A stretch of DNA of 63,965 bases, filler included, from Dicyema japonicum (GCA_011109175.1; 8 parts of 7 records of this genome joined end to end with filler, not necessarily neighbours in it), one strand, 5' to 3'; shown: positions 38,305 to 53,222, numbered from the whole stretch's first letter. The notes: generated from the sequence alone by a model not told the origin. Numbers and translations are program-made.

Positions 38305-39562
38305 CAGCGGTTCTCAACCGTGGTCCCCAGAATTTTTTTAGTGGTCCCAAGGAATGAAAAAATAAAAATATATAAGTTAAAACTAATTGTGTAATTAAGT
38401 ATAAACCAAAAAATTGAAATTAACCTGATTTTGTTAGCGTGTTTATTCATTCTACTTATGGTTAACAAAAATCGTCGTCTTTAGTCGGATTCTTTACGTA
38501 AAATTTGGATTCACTAAATTTGTTACCTCAAATAATGAAATAAGGCAAAATGCATGATTTGCCGTATAATTTTGGGAAACAATTCACTGAAACCTTTTTA
38601 ACTTAGGCGCCACAAAGAGTCTGTACACCTAAAATGTTGCTTAACATGAATATTTAAAGTCAAAACAACGAAATTTGATTCACAGCCAAAGCTTGAAATC
38701 CAATATAAACCGAGATTAGAAGCATCATATGCTGTAATTTTAATTTATATCTAAAACAAATAGGTCTCAATGATTATTGCAAAAAACAAAGCTGCACATA
38801 ATTCTGGGAAAAGTTAATTAAACCAGCGGCTCTTGAAATGGCTCGAATTTTATTTGGTCGAGATGCAGTTACCAAGCTTAAGGATATACCATTATCCAAC
38901 GATTCAATTTCCCGTAGAATTTCAAATTGTCATGTGATATTCTGGACAATTAATTAAACGAATCAATAAAAGTAAATGCAATTGGACGAGTCAACTGACA
39001 TTTCTAACGTTTTTCAGCTTGTGTTATGTTCGCTTTGATGATCATGTAAATATTATTGGTGAGTTTTTATTTTGTTTGGAGATGATGGACACACTCGTAG
39101 AAAGGACATTTTAATATTTTTGCAATTTTATGAAACGAATAAAATCCAATGGATAAAGTTGGATATATGTACTGATGGTGCACCTGCGATGATTGGTCAT
39201 CAATATGGACTTGTTACTCGTACTAAGGATTTGGTTCCTGATATTGTTACAAGACATTGCATTGCACAAATATGCACTTTGTTCAAAAACTATGTGTTCG
39301 TAGTTAAGAGAAACACTAAACACTGTTGTAAAAGTGATAAACTATATTCGAAGTAAATTTATTCTGAACAAGCAAGATCTGAAATCTCACTGAATTACTG
39401 TTAGATTGACTGTTATTTTCATAATGTTCATCTAAACCTGCCCCTGACAAGGCCAAAAATTGTGCATTAGTAGCAAAAATATGTTTATTTTATTTAAAGT
39501 GGTCACCACAAAATTTAATAGTGCAAAAGTGGTCCCCAGTCTAAAATGGTTGAGAACCGCTG
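38305..39562 (+). mobile_element. Internally deleted hAT (Buster/Charlie-type) transposon, 1258 bp
   Basis: Perfect 15-bp TIR CAGCGGTTCTCAACC and perfect TSD TTATAGAG (38297-38304, 39563-39570). Decayed transposase motifs QLDESTD and ICTDGAPAMIG. Confidence 0.93.
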
Positions 39563-40326
39563 TTATAGAGGATATGTCAAAGATTCTTCAGAGTATCGAA
39601 TTTTAAAATGCTTTAGAAAATAAATTCCCGGAAGATTTTTCTAGGCAAGCAAAATATAGACTTGTAAAAAAGATTGAGAATTTTATAATAATCAATGAAA
39701 GGTACTCTAGATTTACAATTAATGCGCAGATTGTATCTCAAATCTGACGATCCAAAGCTCGTCATTACTTTGGAAAATGAAACTGAAATGGAGCATGCAG
39801 CTAAATCTCTACACAAATATTCACACGGAAGAGTAAACAAGATAGAGTATGAGTGTCGACAAANNNNNNNNNNNNNNNNNNNNNNNNNNNNNNNNNNNNN
39901 NNNNNNNTTAATTAATTAANNNNNNNNNNNNNNNNNNNNNNNNNNNNNNNNNNNNNNNNNNNNGATCTCCATTCACCCCCAATCTAAGTTAAATATCTAT
40001 TAGTTTACTCTTATTCTTTATTTGTCCAGTAACTAAATTATAGTATTTGCACTTACACTCATAGAGCTTACAGAACGTATCATCAATTAAGGCAATAAAC
40101 TTACAAAATCAAAGAAAAATGATGCACTGATTACAGACAGGTTTTTACTTTCATGCGTTAATACTGAATTTGTCAGACAAAATAACTATTTATATAATAT
40201 AAAGTCACCTCGCTTTCTTGACTTGAGTTATTCTACAGAATTCGATTCTATATTCGCCCTTGTTTGGTTGCAGTTGAATTCGGATCCCGTTATTTTTGCA
40301 GTCATTCCACCATATATGTAACATAA

Positions 40327-40647
40327 CCGGGTGGGTTAGTGGTTAGGTGTCGGGCTTAAGTGGCATAGGCTACGGGTTCGAATTTCACTGATGTTCACCT
40401 GGTGGAAGGTTCCACGCATCTACGATGCAGAAAGGGTTTGACGAGTGACGCCGTCATCAGTGGATACTCACAGCGGAACTGGATTGTCTAGAAAGACACT
40501 CACAGAAGAAAAAGAAAAAAAGAAGTCATTCCTTGGTTCTACGATTAGTTAAAATTAACTGTCCTTTACTTAAATAAAGTGTGTGTCCTGCCTATGCGGA
40601 GCTATAAATACTATGGCTCTCGTAAAAAGGCCTTATTATATTATTAT
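40327..40647 (+). mobile_element. tRNA-derived SINE, full length, with 12-bp TSD
   Basis: Pol III A-box-like TGGGTTAGTGG and B-box-like GGTTCGAAT in the head, a 3' stem-loop and a (TTA)n tail. Flanked by TATGTAACATAA at 40315-40326 and 40648-40659. Confidence 0.88.
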
Positions 40648-40830
40648 TATGTAACATAAGCCGATTGTATCGTGGAGATATAACCATAGCTATTTAAAGG
40701 GTCATTCACTTTAAATATCCTTAGACATCCAATGAAAGCTGATGTTCTTCAACATCCAGATATGGGATCAGAAAATAAACTCTTAAAAGCTATTTATAGA
40801 AAATTGCAGGAAATTTGAGTTGTGTTGGAA

Positions 40831-43800
40831 GAACTTCATTAATTTATATTTGATATGATTAATGTCAAAATCACTAATTTATCCATTGCCGACATTTAAG
40901 TGTCTATCATTGAGCTATTAATTAAATCAAATTCGTGTAAAACCAATCAAGATAATAATTTCGACTTTTATTTATTGATACTTAATTAAGAACTTCATTA
41001 ATTTATATTTGATTTGATTAATGTCGAAATCACCAATTGATCCATTGGCGACCATCTTAAGTGTCTTTCATTGTGCTATTAATTAAATGAAATTCGTGTA
41101 AAACCAATCATGATAATAATTTCGACATTTATTTATTGATACTTAATAAAGAACTTCATTAATTTATATTTAATTTGATTAATGTCGAAATCACCAATTG
41201 ATCCATTGGCGACCATCTTAAGTGTCTATCATTGAGCTATTACAAACATTTTCAACACAAACCATTCGTGTTCATAATTTTGACTTTTATTTATTGATAC
41301 TTAATTAAGAACTTCATTAATTTATATTTAATTTGATTAATGTCGAAATCACCAATTGATCCATTGGCGACCATCTTAAGTGTCTATCATTGAGCTATTA
41401 ATTAAATGTAATTCGATGTAAAACCAATCAAGATAATAATTTCGACTTTTATTTATTGATACTTAATTAAGAACTTCATTAATTTATATTTAATTTGATT
41501 AATGTCGAAATCACCAATTGATCCATTGGCGACCATCTTAAGTGTCTATCATTGATCTATTACAAATTTTCAACACAAACCATTCGTGTTCATAATCGTG
41601 ATTTTTATACATTGATACAAAATTAAGGACTTCGTTATTTTACATTTGATATGATTAATGTCGAAATCACCAATTCATCCATTGCCGACCATCTTAAGTG
41701 TCTATCATTGATCTATAAATTACATCACTTTCGTGTAAAAACAATCAATACAATAATTTGGGCTTTTGCTTACTGAGTAAATTAAGAAATTCGTTAAATT
41801 ACAATTGATATGATTAATGTCGAAATCACTAATTCATCCATTGCCGACCATCTTAAGTGTCTATCATTGATCTATTACTTACATCATTTTCGTGTAAAAC
41901 AAATCAAGAATAATTTTGGATTTTGCGTATTTATACTAAATTAAGAACTTCGTTAATTTATATTTGATTTGATTAATGTCGAAATCACCAATTGATCCAT
42001 TGACGACCAACTCTTATCATTATCTATTACAAACATTGCAACAAACCAATAATTTGACTTTACATTTAATACATAAATTAAGAACTTCGTTAATTTATAT
42101 TTGATATGATTAATGTCAAAATCACTAATTCATCCATTGCCGACCATCTTAAGTGTCTATCATTGATCTATTACTTACATCATTTTTCGAGAACAACCAA
42201 TCAATACAATAATTTGAGCTTTTAGGTAGTTATACTAAATTAAGAAATTCGTTAATTTATATTTGATATGATTAATTTCGAATTCACCAATTGATCCTTT
42301 TCCGACCTCTTAAGTGTCTATCATTGATCTATTACTTACATCATTTTCGTGTACAACCAATCAAGACAATAATTTGAGCTTTTACGTATTGATACTAAAT
42401 TATGAACTTCGTTAATTTACATTTGATATGATTAATGTCGAAATTCACCAATTGATCCTTTGCGACCTCTTAAGTGTCTATCATTAATCTAGTACCCACA
42501 TAATTTTCGATTACAACCAATCAAGACAATAATTTGAGCTTTTGCGTATTGATACTAAATTAAGAACTTCGTTAATTTACATTTGATTTGATTAATGTCG
42601 AAATCCAATTGATCCTTTGCCGACCTCTTAAGTGTCTATCATTGATCTATTAATCACATAATTTTCGATTAAACCAATCAAGACAATAATTTGGTCTTTT
42701 ACGTATTTATATAATTAAGAACTTTGTTAATTTACATTTGATTTGATTAATGTCGAAATCACCAATTGATCCATTGCCGACCATCTTACGTCTATATCAT
42801 TTATTATTATAAACATTTTCAACACAAACCATTCGTGTTCAATAATTGTGACTTTTATACATAGATACATAATTAAGAACTTCATTAATTTACATTTTGA
42901 TTTGATTAATGTCTAAATCACCAATTGATCAATTGACGACCATCTTAAGTGTCTATAATTGATCTATTATTAAATATATTTCGTGTACAACCAATCAAGA
43001 CAATAATTTGGACTTTGCGTATTGATACTTAATTAATAACTTCATTAATAACATTTGATTTGATTAATGTCGAAATTATCAATTTATCCATTGGCGACAA
43101 TTAAGTGTCTTTCATTGAGCTATTAATTAAATGAAATTCGTGTAAAACCAATCAAGACAATAATTTGGACTTTTATTTATTGATACTTAATTAAAGAACT
43201 TCATTAATTTATATTTGATTTGATTAATGTCGAAATCACCAATTGATCCATTGACGACCATCTTAAGTCTCTATCATTTATCTATTACAAACATTTTCAA
43301 CACAAACCATTCGTGTTCATAATTGTGACTTTTATACATTGATACATAATTAAAAACTTCGTTATATTATATTTTATTGATTAATGTCGAAATCACTAAT
43401 TCATCCATTGCCGACCATCTTAAGTGTCTATCATTGATCTAGTACCTACATAATTTCGATTAAAAACCAATCAAGAGAATAATTTGGTCTTTTACGTATT
43501 GATACTAAATTAAAACTTTGTTAATTTACATTTGATTTGATTAATGTCGAAATCACCAATTGATCTATTGACGACAATCTTAAGTCTCTATCATTATCTA
43601 TTACAAACATTTTGCAACACAAACCATTCGTGTTCATAATTGTGACTTTTATACATTGATACATAATTAAAGACTTCGTTAAATTATATTTTATTATGAT
43701 TAATGTCGAAATCACTAATTCATCCATTGCCGACCATATTAAGTGTCTATCATTGATCTATAAATTACATCATTTTCGAGAACAACCAATCAATACAATA

Positions 43801-46800
43801 ATTTGGGCTTTTGCGTAGTGATACTAAATTAAGAAATTTGTAAATTTATATTTGATTGATTAATGTCGAAAATCAACAATTTATCCATTGCCGACCATCT
43901 TAAGTGTCTATCATTAATCTATTACTACATCACTTTTCGTGTAAAACCAATCAAAACAATAATTTGGACTTTTATTTATTGATACTTAATTAAGAACTTC
44001 ATTAATTTATATTTGATTTGATTAATGTCGAAATCACCAATTTATCCATTGGCGACAATCTATAAGTGCTCTATCATTTAGCTAACTTAAAAGAAATTCG
44101 TTTACGACCAATCAAGACAATAATTTGGACTTTTATTTATTGATGCTTAATAAAAACTTCATTAAATTACATTTGATTTGATTAATGTAGAAATCACCAA
44201 ATTGATCCAGCAACGACTATTATTAGTGTCTATCATTAATCTAGTACTACATAATTTTTGATTAAAACCATTCAAGAAAATAATTTGGGCTTTTTGCGTA
44301 TTGATAATATATTAAAACTTCGTTAATTTACATTTGATTTGAGTAATGTCGAAATCACCAATTGATCATTGACGACCATTTTACGTCTCTATCATTATTT
44401 ATTACAAATATTTTCAACACAACCATTCGTGTTCAAATTGTGACTTTTATACATAGATTCATAATTAAAGACTTTGTTAAATTATTTTTGATATGATTAA
44501 TGTCGAAATCACCAATTCATCCATTGCCGACCATCTTAAAGTGTCTATCATTGATCTTTATTACTTACATCACTTTCGTTTTCCACAAATCAAGAACAAT
44601 AATTTTGGATTTTTGCGTAATTGATACTAAATTAAGAACTTCGTTAATTTACATGTTGATTTGATTAATGTCGAAATCACCAACAATTGATCCATCGACG
44701 ACCATCTTACGTCTCTATCATTTATCTTTTACAAACATTTTCAACACAAACCATTCGTGTTCATAATTGTGACTTTTATACATTGATTCATAATTAAAGA
44801 CTTCGTTAAATTATATTTTATATGATTAATTTCTAAATCACAATTCATCAATTGCCGACCATCTTTAAGTGTCTATAATTGATCTATTACTTACATCATT
44901 TTCGTGTACAACCGATCAAGAAAATAATTTGGGCTTTTGCGTATTGATACTACTAAATTAAGAACTTCGTTAATTTACCTTTGATTTGATTAATGTCGAA
45001 ATCATTAATTGATCCATTGACGACCATCTTTAGTGTCTATCATTAATCTAGTACATACATAATTTTCGATTAACAACCAATTAAGAAAATAATTTGGGCT
45101 TTTGCGTATTGATACTAAATTAAAACTTCGTTAATTTACATTTGATTTGATTAATGTCGAAATCACCAATTGATCCATTGACGACCATCTTACGTGTCTA
45201 TCATTTATCTATTACAAACATTTTCAACACAAACCATTCGTGTTAATAATTTGACTTTTATTTATTGATACTTAATTAAGAACTTCATTAATTTATATTT
45301 AATTTGATTAATGTCGAAATCACCAATTGATCCATTGGCGACCATCTTAAGTGTCTTTCATTGTGCTATTAATTAAATGAAATTCGTGTAAAACCAATCA
45401 TGATAATAATTTCGACTTTTATTTATTGATACTTAATTAAGAACTTCATTAATTTATATTTGATTTGATTAATGTCGAAATCACCAATTGATCCATTGGC
45501 GACCATCTTAAGTGTCTATCATTTATCTTTACAAACATTTTCAACACAAACCATTCGTGTTAAAAATTGTGACTTTTACATTGATACTTAATTAAGGACT
45601 TCGTTAAATTACATTTGATATGATTAATGTCGAAATCACTAATTCATCAATTGCTGACCATCTTAAGTGTCTATAATTTATCTATTGCTTACATCATTTT
45701 CGAGTAAAACCGATCAAGAGAATAATTTGGGCTTTTGCGTATTGATACTAAATTAAGAACTTTGTTAATTTACCTTTGATTTGATTAATGTCGAAATCAT
45801 CAATTGATCCATTGACGACCATCTTTAGTGTCTATCATTGATCTATTACATACATAATTTTCGATTAACAACCAATTAAGAAAATAATTTGGTCTTTTGC
45901 GTATTGATACTATATTAAAACTTTGTTAATTTACATTTGATTTGATTAATGTCGAAATCAACTAATTGATCCATTGCCGACCATCTTAAGTGTCTATCAT
46001 TTATCTATTACAAATATTTCAACACAAACCATTCGTGTTAATAATTTTGACTTTTATTTATTGATACTTAATTAAGAACTTCATTAATTTATATTTAATT
46101 TGATTAATGTCGAAATCACCAATTGATCCATTGGCGACCATCTTAACTGTCTATCATTGAGCTATTAATAAAATGAAATTCGTGTAAAACTAATCAAGAT
46201 AATAATTTTGACTTTTATTTATTGATACTAAATTAAGAACTTCATTAATTTATATTCAATTTGATTAATGTCGAAATCACCAATTGATCCATTGGCGACC
46301 ATCTTTACGTCTCTATCATTTATTTATTTCAAACATTTTCAACACAAACCATTCGTGTTCATAATTGGTGACTTTTATACATAGATACATAATTAAAGAC
46401 TTCGTTAAATTATATTTTATATGATTAATTTCGAAATCACTAATTCATCCATTGCCGACCATCTTAAGTGTCTATCATTGATCTTTTACTTACATCACTT
46501 TCGTGTACCACAGATCAAAACAATAATTTGGGCTTTGCGTATTGATACTAAATTAAAAAATTCGTTAATTTACATTTGATTTTGATTAATGTCGAAATCA
46601 CCAATTGATCCATTGACGACACCATCTTACGTCTCTATCATTTATCTATTACAAACATTTTCAACACAAACCATTCGTGTTTATAATTGTGACTTTTAAA
46701 CATAGATACATAATTAAAGACTTCGTTAATTGATATTTTATATGATTAATTTCGAAATCACCAATTGATCCCATTGACGACCATCTTCAGTGTCTATAAT

Positions 46801-49800
46801 TGATCTATTACTTACATCTACTTTTGTGTACAACCGATCAAGAATAATTTTGGATTTTGCGTACTGATAATTATTAAGAACTTCGTTAATTAACATTTGA
46901 TTTGATTAATGTCGAATCACCAATTGATCCATTGACGACCAACTTAAGTCTGTATCATTTATCTATTACAAACATTTGCAACACAAAAACCATCGTGTTC
47001 ATAATTGTGGACTTTAATACATTGATACATAATTAAAGACTTCGTTAATTTATATTTGATATGATTAATGTCGAAATCACCAATTCATCCATTGCCTACC
47101 ATCTTAAGTGTCTATCATTAATCTATAAATTACAATTTATCGAGAAAAAACCAATCAATGCAATAATTTGGGCTTTTAGGTAGTGATAGTAAATTAAGAA
47201 ATTCGTTAATTTATATATTTGATATGATTAATGTCGAAATCACCAATTGATCCATTGACGACCTCTAAGTGTCTATCATTGATCTATAACTTACATCACT
47301 TTTGTGTATAACCGATCAAGACAATAATTTGAGCTTTTGCGTACTGATACTAAATAAGAACTTCGTTAATTTCTCATTGATATGATTAATGTCGAAATCA
47401 CAATTGATCCATCAACGACGATCATAAGTGTCTATCATAAATCTAGTACCTACATAATTTTCGATTAAAAACCAATCAAGAGAATAATTTTGGGCTTTTG
47501 CGTATTGATACTAAATTAAGAACTTTGTTAATTTACATTTGATTTGATTAAATGTCGAAATCACCAATTGATCCATTGCCGACCTCTTAAGTCTCTATCA
47601 TTGATCTATTACAAACATTTTCAACACAACCATTCGTGTTCATAATTGTGACTTTTATACATTGATACATAATTAAAAACTTCGTTATTTACATTTTATT
47701 TGATTAATGTCGAAATCACTAATTGATCAATTGCCGACCATCTTAAGTGTCTATCATTGATCTAGTACCTACATAATTTCGATTACAACCAATCAAGACA
47801 ATAATTTAGGCTTTTACGTATTTATACTAAAAAAGAACTTTGTTAATTTACATTTGATTTGATTAATGTCGAAATCGCTAATTGATCCATTGAAGGCCAT
47901 CAAAGTGTCTATCATTGATCTATTACTTACATCACTTTCGTGTAAAACCGATCAAGACAATAATTTGGGCTTTTGCGTATTGATACTAAATTAAGAACCT
48001 TGTTAATTTACATTTGATTTGATTAATGTCGAAATCACCAATTGATCCATTGCCGACCATGTTACGTGTCTATCATTTATCTATTACAAACATTTTCAAC
48101 ACAAACCATTCGGTTCATAATTGTGACTTTTATACATAGATACATAATTAAAGACTTCGTTAAATTATATTTAATATGATTTATGTCGAAATCACCAATT
48201 CATCCATTGCCGACCATCTTAAGTGTCTATCATTGATCTATTACTTACATCACTTTCGTGTACAACCGATCAAAACAATAATTTGGGATTTTGCGTACTG
48301 ATACTAAATTAAGAAATTCGTTAATTTACATTTGATATGATTAATGTCGAATCACTAATTCATCCATTCACGACCATTTAAGTGTCTATCATTATCTATT
48401 ACTTACATCACTTTCGTGTACAACCAATCAAGACAATAATTTGGGCTTTTGCGTACTGATACTAAAGAGAACTTTGTTAATTTACATTTGATTTGATTAA
48501 TGTCGAAATCACCAATTGATCCATTAACGACTATATAAGTGTTATCATTAATCTAGTACTACACAATTTTCGAGTAAAACCAATCAAGACAATAATTTGG
48601 GCTTTTACGTATTTATACTAAATTAAGAACTTCGTTAAATAACATTTGATTGATTAATGTCGAAATCACCAATTGATCAATTGACGACCATCTTACGTAT
48701 CTTATCATTTATTTATTACAAACATTTTCAACACAAACCATTCGTGTTCAAAATTGTGACTTTTATACATAGATACAAAATTAAGGACTTCGTTAATTTA
48801 CATTATTTGATTAATGTCGAAAATACCAATTGATTAATTGGGGGCCATCTTAAGTGTCTATCATTTTTCTATTTCTTACATCACTTTCGTGTACAACCAA
48901 TCAAGACAATAATTTGGGCTTTACGTATTGATACTAAATTAAGAACTTCGTTAATTTACATTTGATTTGATTAATGTCGAAATCACCAATTGATCCATTG
49001 ACGACAATGTTAAGTCTCTATCATTTATCTATTACAAACATATTCAACACAAACCATTCGTGTTCATAATTGTGACTTTTATACATTGATACATAATTAA
49101 AGACTTCGTTAAATTATATTTGATATGATTAATATCGAAATCACTAATCATCCATTGCCGACCATCTTAAGTGTCTATCATTGATCTATTACTTACATCA
49201 TTTTCGAGAACAACCGATCAATACAATAATTTGGGCTTTTGCGTATTGATACTAAATAAGAACTTCGTTAATTTATAATTGATTTGATTAATGTCGAAAT
49301 CAGTAATTGATCCATTGCCGACCAATTAAGTGCTATCATTGATCTATTACTTACATCACTTTCGTGTACAACCAATCAAAACAATAATTTGGGCTTTTGC
49401 GTATTGATACTAAATAAGAACTTCGTTAATTAACATTTGATTTGATTAATGTCGAAATCACCAATTGATCCATTAACTACTATATAATTGTCTATCATTA
49501 ATCTAGTACTTACACAATTTTACGAGTAAAACCAATCAAGACAATAATTTGGGCTTTACGTATTTATACTAAAATAAGAATTTCGTTAATTTACATTTGA
49601 TTGATTAATGTCGAAATCACCAATTCATCCATTGACGACCATCTTACGTCTCTATCATTTATCTATTACAAACATTTGCAACACAAACCATTCGTGGTTC
49701 AAAATTGTGACTTTAAAACATAGATACATAATTAAAGACTTCGTTAAATTACAATTGATATGATTAATGTCGAAATCACCAATTCATCAATTGCTACCAT

Positions 49801-51543
49801 CTTAAGTGTCTATCATTAATCTAGTACTTACACAATTACGAGTAAAACCAATCAAGACAATAATTTGGGATTTTACGTATTTATACTAAATTAAGAATTT
49901 CGTTAATTTACATTTGATTTGATTAATGTCGAAATCACCAATTGATCCATCAACGACTATATAAGTGTCTATCATTAATCTATTACTTACACCACTTTCG
50001 AATAAAACCAATCAAGTCAATAATTTAGGCTTTTACGTATTTATACAAATTAAGAATTTTGTTAAATTACATTTGATTTAATTAATGTCGAAATCACCAA
50101 TTGATCCATTAACGACTATCATAAGTGTCTATCATTAATCTAGTACTTACATCACTTACGTATAAAACAATCAAGTCAATAATTTGGGCTTTTACGTATT
50201 TATAATAAAAGAGAACTTCGTTAAATAACATTTGATTTGATTAATGACTAAATCACCAATTGATCCATTAACTACTATTCTAATTGTCTATAATTAATCT
50301 AGTACTTACACAATTTAACGAGTAAAACCAATCAAGACAATAATTTTGGCTTTTTACGTATTTATACTAAAAGAAACTTCGTTAATTTACATTTGATTTG
50401 ATTAATGTCGAAATCACCAATTGATCCATTGCCGACCATCTTAAGTCTCTATCATTTATATCTTTTACAAACATTTTCACACAAACCATTCGTGTTCAAA
50501 ATTGTGACTTTTATACATTGATACTTAATTAAGAACTTCATTAATTTACATTTGATTTGATTAATGTCGAAATCACCAATTGATCCATTGGCGACCATCT
50601 TAAGTGTCTTTCATTGAGCTATTAATTATACATAATTTTCGTGTACAACCAATCAAGACAATAATTTGGACTTTTATGTATTGATAATTAATTAAGAACT
50701 TCGTTAATTTATAATTAATTTGATTAATGTCGAAATCACCAATTGATCCATTGCCGACAATATAGTGTCTATCATTTATCTATTAATTACATCATTTTCG
50801 AGTACAACCGATCAATAGAATAATTTAGGCTTTTACGTATTTATACAAATTAAGAACTTTGTTAATTTACATTTGATTTGATTAATGTCGAAATCACCAA
50901 TGATCCATTAACGACTATATAAGTGTCTATCATTAATCTAGTACTTACACAATTTTCGATTAAAACCAATCAAGAGAATAATTTAGGCTTTTACGTATTT
51001 ATACTAAAAAAGAATTTCGTTAATTTACATTTGATTTAATTAATGTCGAAATCACCCAATTGATCCATCAACGACTATATAAGTGTCTATCATGAATCTA
51101 TTACTTACATAATTTTCGAGTAAAACCAATCAATAGAATAATTTGGGCTTTTACGTATTTATACTAAATTAAGAACTTCGTTAATTTATAATTAATTTGA
51201 TTAATGTCGAAATCACCAATTGATCCATTGGCGACTCTTAAGTGTCTTATCATTGATCTATTACTTACATCATTTTCTGTACAACCGATCAAGAACAATA
51301 ATTTGGGCTTTTGCGTTCTGATACTAAATAAGAAATTCGTTAATTTACATTTGATTGATTAATGTCGAAATCACTAATTCATCCATTGCCGACCATCTTA
51401 CGTCTCTATCATTTATCTATTACAAACATTTTCAACACCATCCTTTCGTGTACATAATTTTTACTTTATACATTGATACATAATTAAAGACCTTCGTTAA
51501 ATTATATTTTATATGATTAATTTCGAAATCACTAATTCATCAA
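40831..51543. repeat. Tandem satellite array, ~160-bp monomer, ~67 copies, truncated by a contig gap
   Basis: Conserved core GATTAATGTCGAAATCACCAATTGATCCATTGNCGACCATCTTAAGTGTCTATCATT. Monomer starts at 40831, 40990, 41151, 41309 and 41471 give periods of 158-162. Confidence 0.98.
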
Positions 51544-51949
51544 NNNNNNNNNNNNNNNNNNNNNNNNNNNNNNNNNNNNNNNNNNNNTTAATTAATTAAN
51601 NNNNNNNNNNNNNNNNNNNNNNNNNNNNNNNNNNNNNNNNNNNGTCTTTTCGTTCTGGACATTTCTCACGTCCCTCTTTTCCTAATTTTTAATTGTTCTT
51701 TTTCATGAGCTGCAAATCTTTGTTTGGCTATCCTGGTTATGGAAACAAGAATTCTATCCTTCACTTTCTTCAAGTCGTCTTTTAATCTTTTCTCCAATGC
51801 CAACTTTATCTCGGATTTTTTTCCTCCTCAGTTTAACTTCCTCCAGAAATGAACCTTCGTGAATTGCGTATATCAATAATTTTCATTTATAGGCTGTGAC
51901 AGATTATGTCACGTGTTACATTATAGTTGCTATTCCTTGAATCATTTTT

Positions 51950-53140
51950 GTTATCTCAGGATTGAGGTTCTTTAAATATTGCCTCAGTGTCAACATCTTT
52001 GTTACGTCCAAAAAACGTGATTGCACTTGATTTTTCTTCTGAGAACTTTAAACCTTAAAATACGCATCATTCGAAAATTTTTACCGACGTGTTTTTTTTA
52101 TGTTTTCCCCGGAAAACTTGTCAGCAATTGTATTTTTTCGTTAGACGGTTTTTCCTTTGCTCTATAATGTGTTCTTTTAATGAATATGGGGTTGTGTGAT
52201 ATTACAAGTTGATTCAGTGTCGATAGCAAGTGGGTTTTTCTGACGTTTTCCGGTTTGTTTTTGAACCACATCGGATTTCCTCAGTTTGACGAGACACTTC
52301 CCTTATTCTGACTCAATCCATATTGGTTATCAGCGAGGAAACTGTTTTCTTCAACAGTTTAATTCTGGATCGATGCATTTCTCTTTTCGACGCACAATGG
52401 GTTATGTTGCCTTCTGATCACACTGGATAAGGTTCCCTCCGTTATTCCTCAAATTAGATTTACAGGGGTATCGTCGATGTGTTTTTTTCTGTAGACCATA
52501 TCCAAGAAGCTCCTTTTTGTGCAATCGCGATTCTCTGAGCATTAGTCCTAGAGATCGAAGCCACCCATAAGGCACATAGGACATTCATGGCTCGATCTAC
52601 TGACAGTAAAGCGTTTTTAGTGCTTGATAGATTGTGGTTTTTCGCACTTCAATAGAGATTTTACACAGGCTTACGTTTCCTCACAATTGTTTAGTACGTT
52701 TTCGTAATGCCGCGAGAAACATACAGCCCCAAACCATTACACCACCAAACCTAACTGTCGTCGTTGTATACCTCAATTCAGAATTAAAATTCTTTTTTTT
52801 GATAACAGAATTGCCTGTTTCAGTTGGAAAAATCTGAAAAGATGATTCATCAAAGAAAATATTATTTTCCAAGCTTCATTATTCATCCGAATGAAAATTT
52901 TGGAAATTCAAATTTTTTACTATGTGTTTTTTGATAACTACTGTTTAAGTTGACATACTCTTCCTAATAGAAAATAAGAATTTAAGTAATTTCCAATTGT
53001 CGTTAGAGAGACAGTCTTGCCAGTAGATGTTTTATTTCATTTCTCAAAGTGCTCCAGTAAACTCCAAACATTTTAATTCAGTTGGAAGATTAAAAGGTAT
53101 ACGCCATTTACATACCATTGAATCGTTAATAAAAAAAGAA
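51950..53140 (-). mobile_element. Tc1 transposase relic
   Basis: IFFDESSF and TVRFGGVMVWGC, plus a decayed WP.QS.DL..IE region. Confidence 0.7.
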
Positions 53141-53222
53141 AAGGAACATTAGAAAAGAAAAATAGCCGATTGAGGGCATTTCCTACAAATTCTATGAGTT
53201 AATTTCTCTCAAATCTTCAAAA

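Noticed and set aside
40327-40395. Functional tRNA gene
   Set aside because: A and B boxes are present but there is no complementary acceptor stem. It is the head of a SINE with tail and TSD.
41600-51500. Satellite as a repetitive coding gene with micro-introns (minus-strand GTAAAT...TTTAG 26 nt and GTAAGT...GATAG 22 nt in type-B monomers)
   Set aside because: The GT/AG dinucleotides are not conserved across monomers, the putative exons sum to 113 nt (not 3n), and indels are frequent. Likely chance in AT-rich DNA; RNA-seq would settle it.
40831-51543. CRISPR-like repeat/spacer appearance of the satellite
   Set aside because: The variable parts are a few recurring homologous types rather than unique spacers. 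The conserved part is far longer than a CRISPR repeat, there are no cas genes, and the context is eukaryotic.
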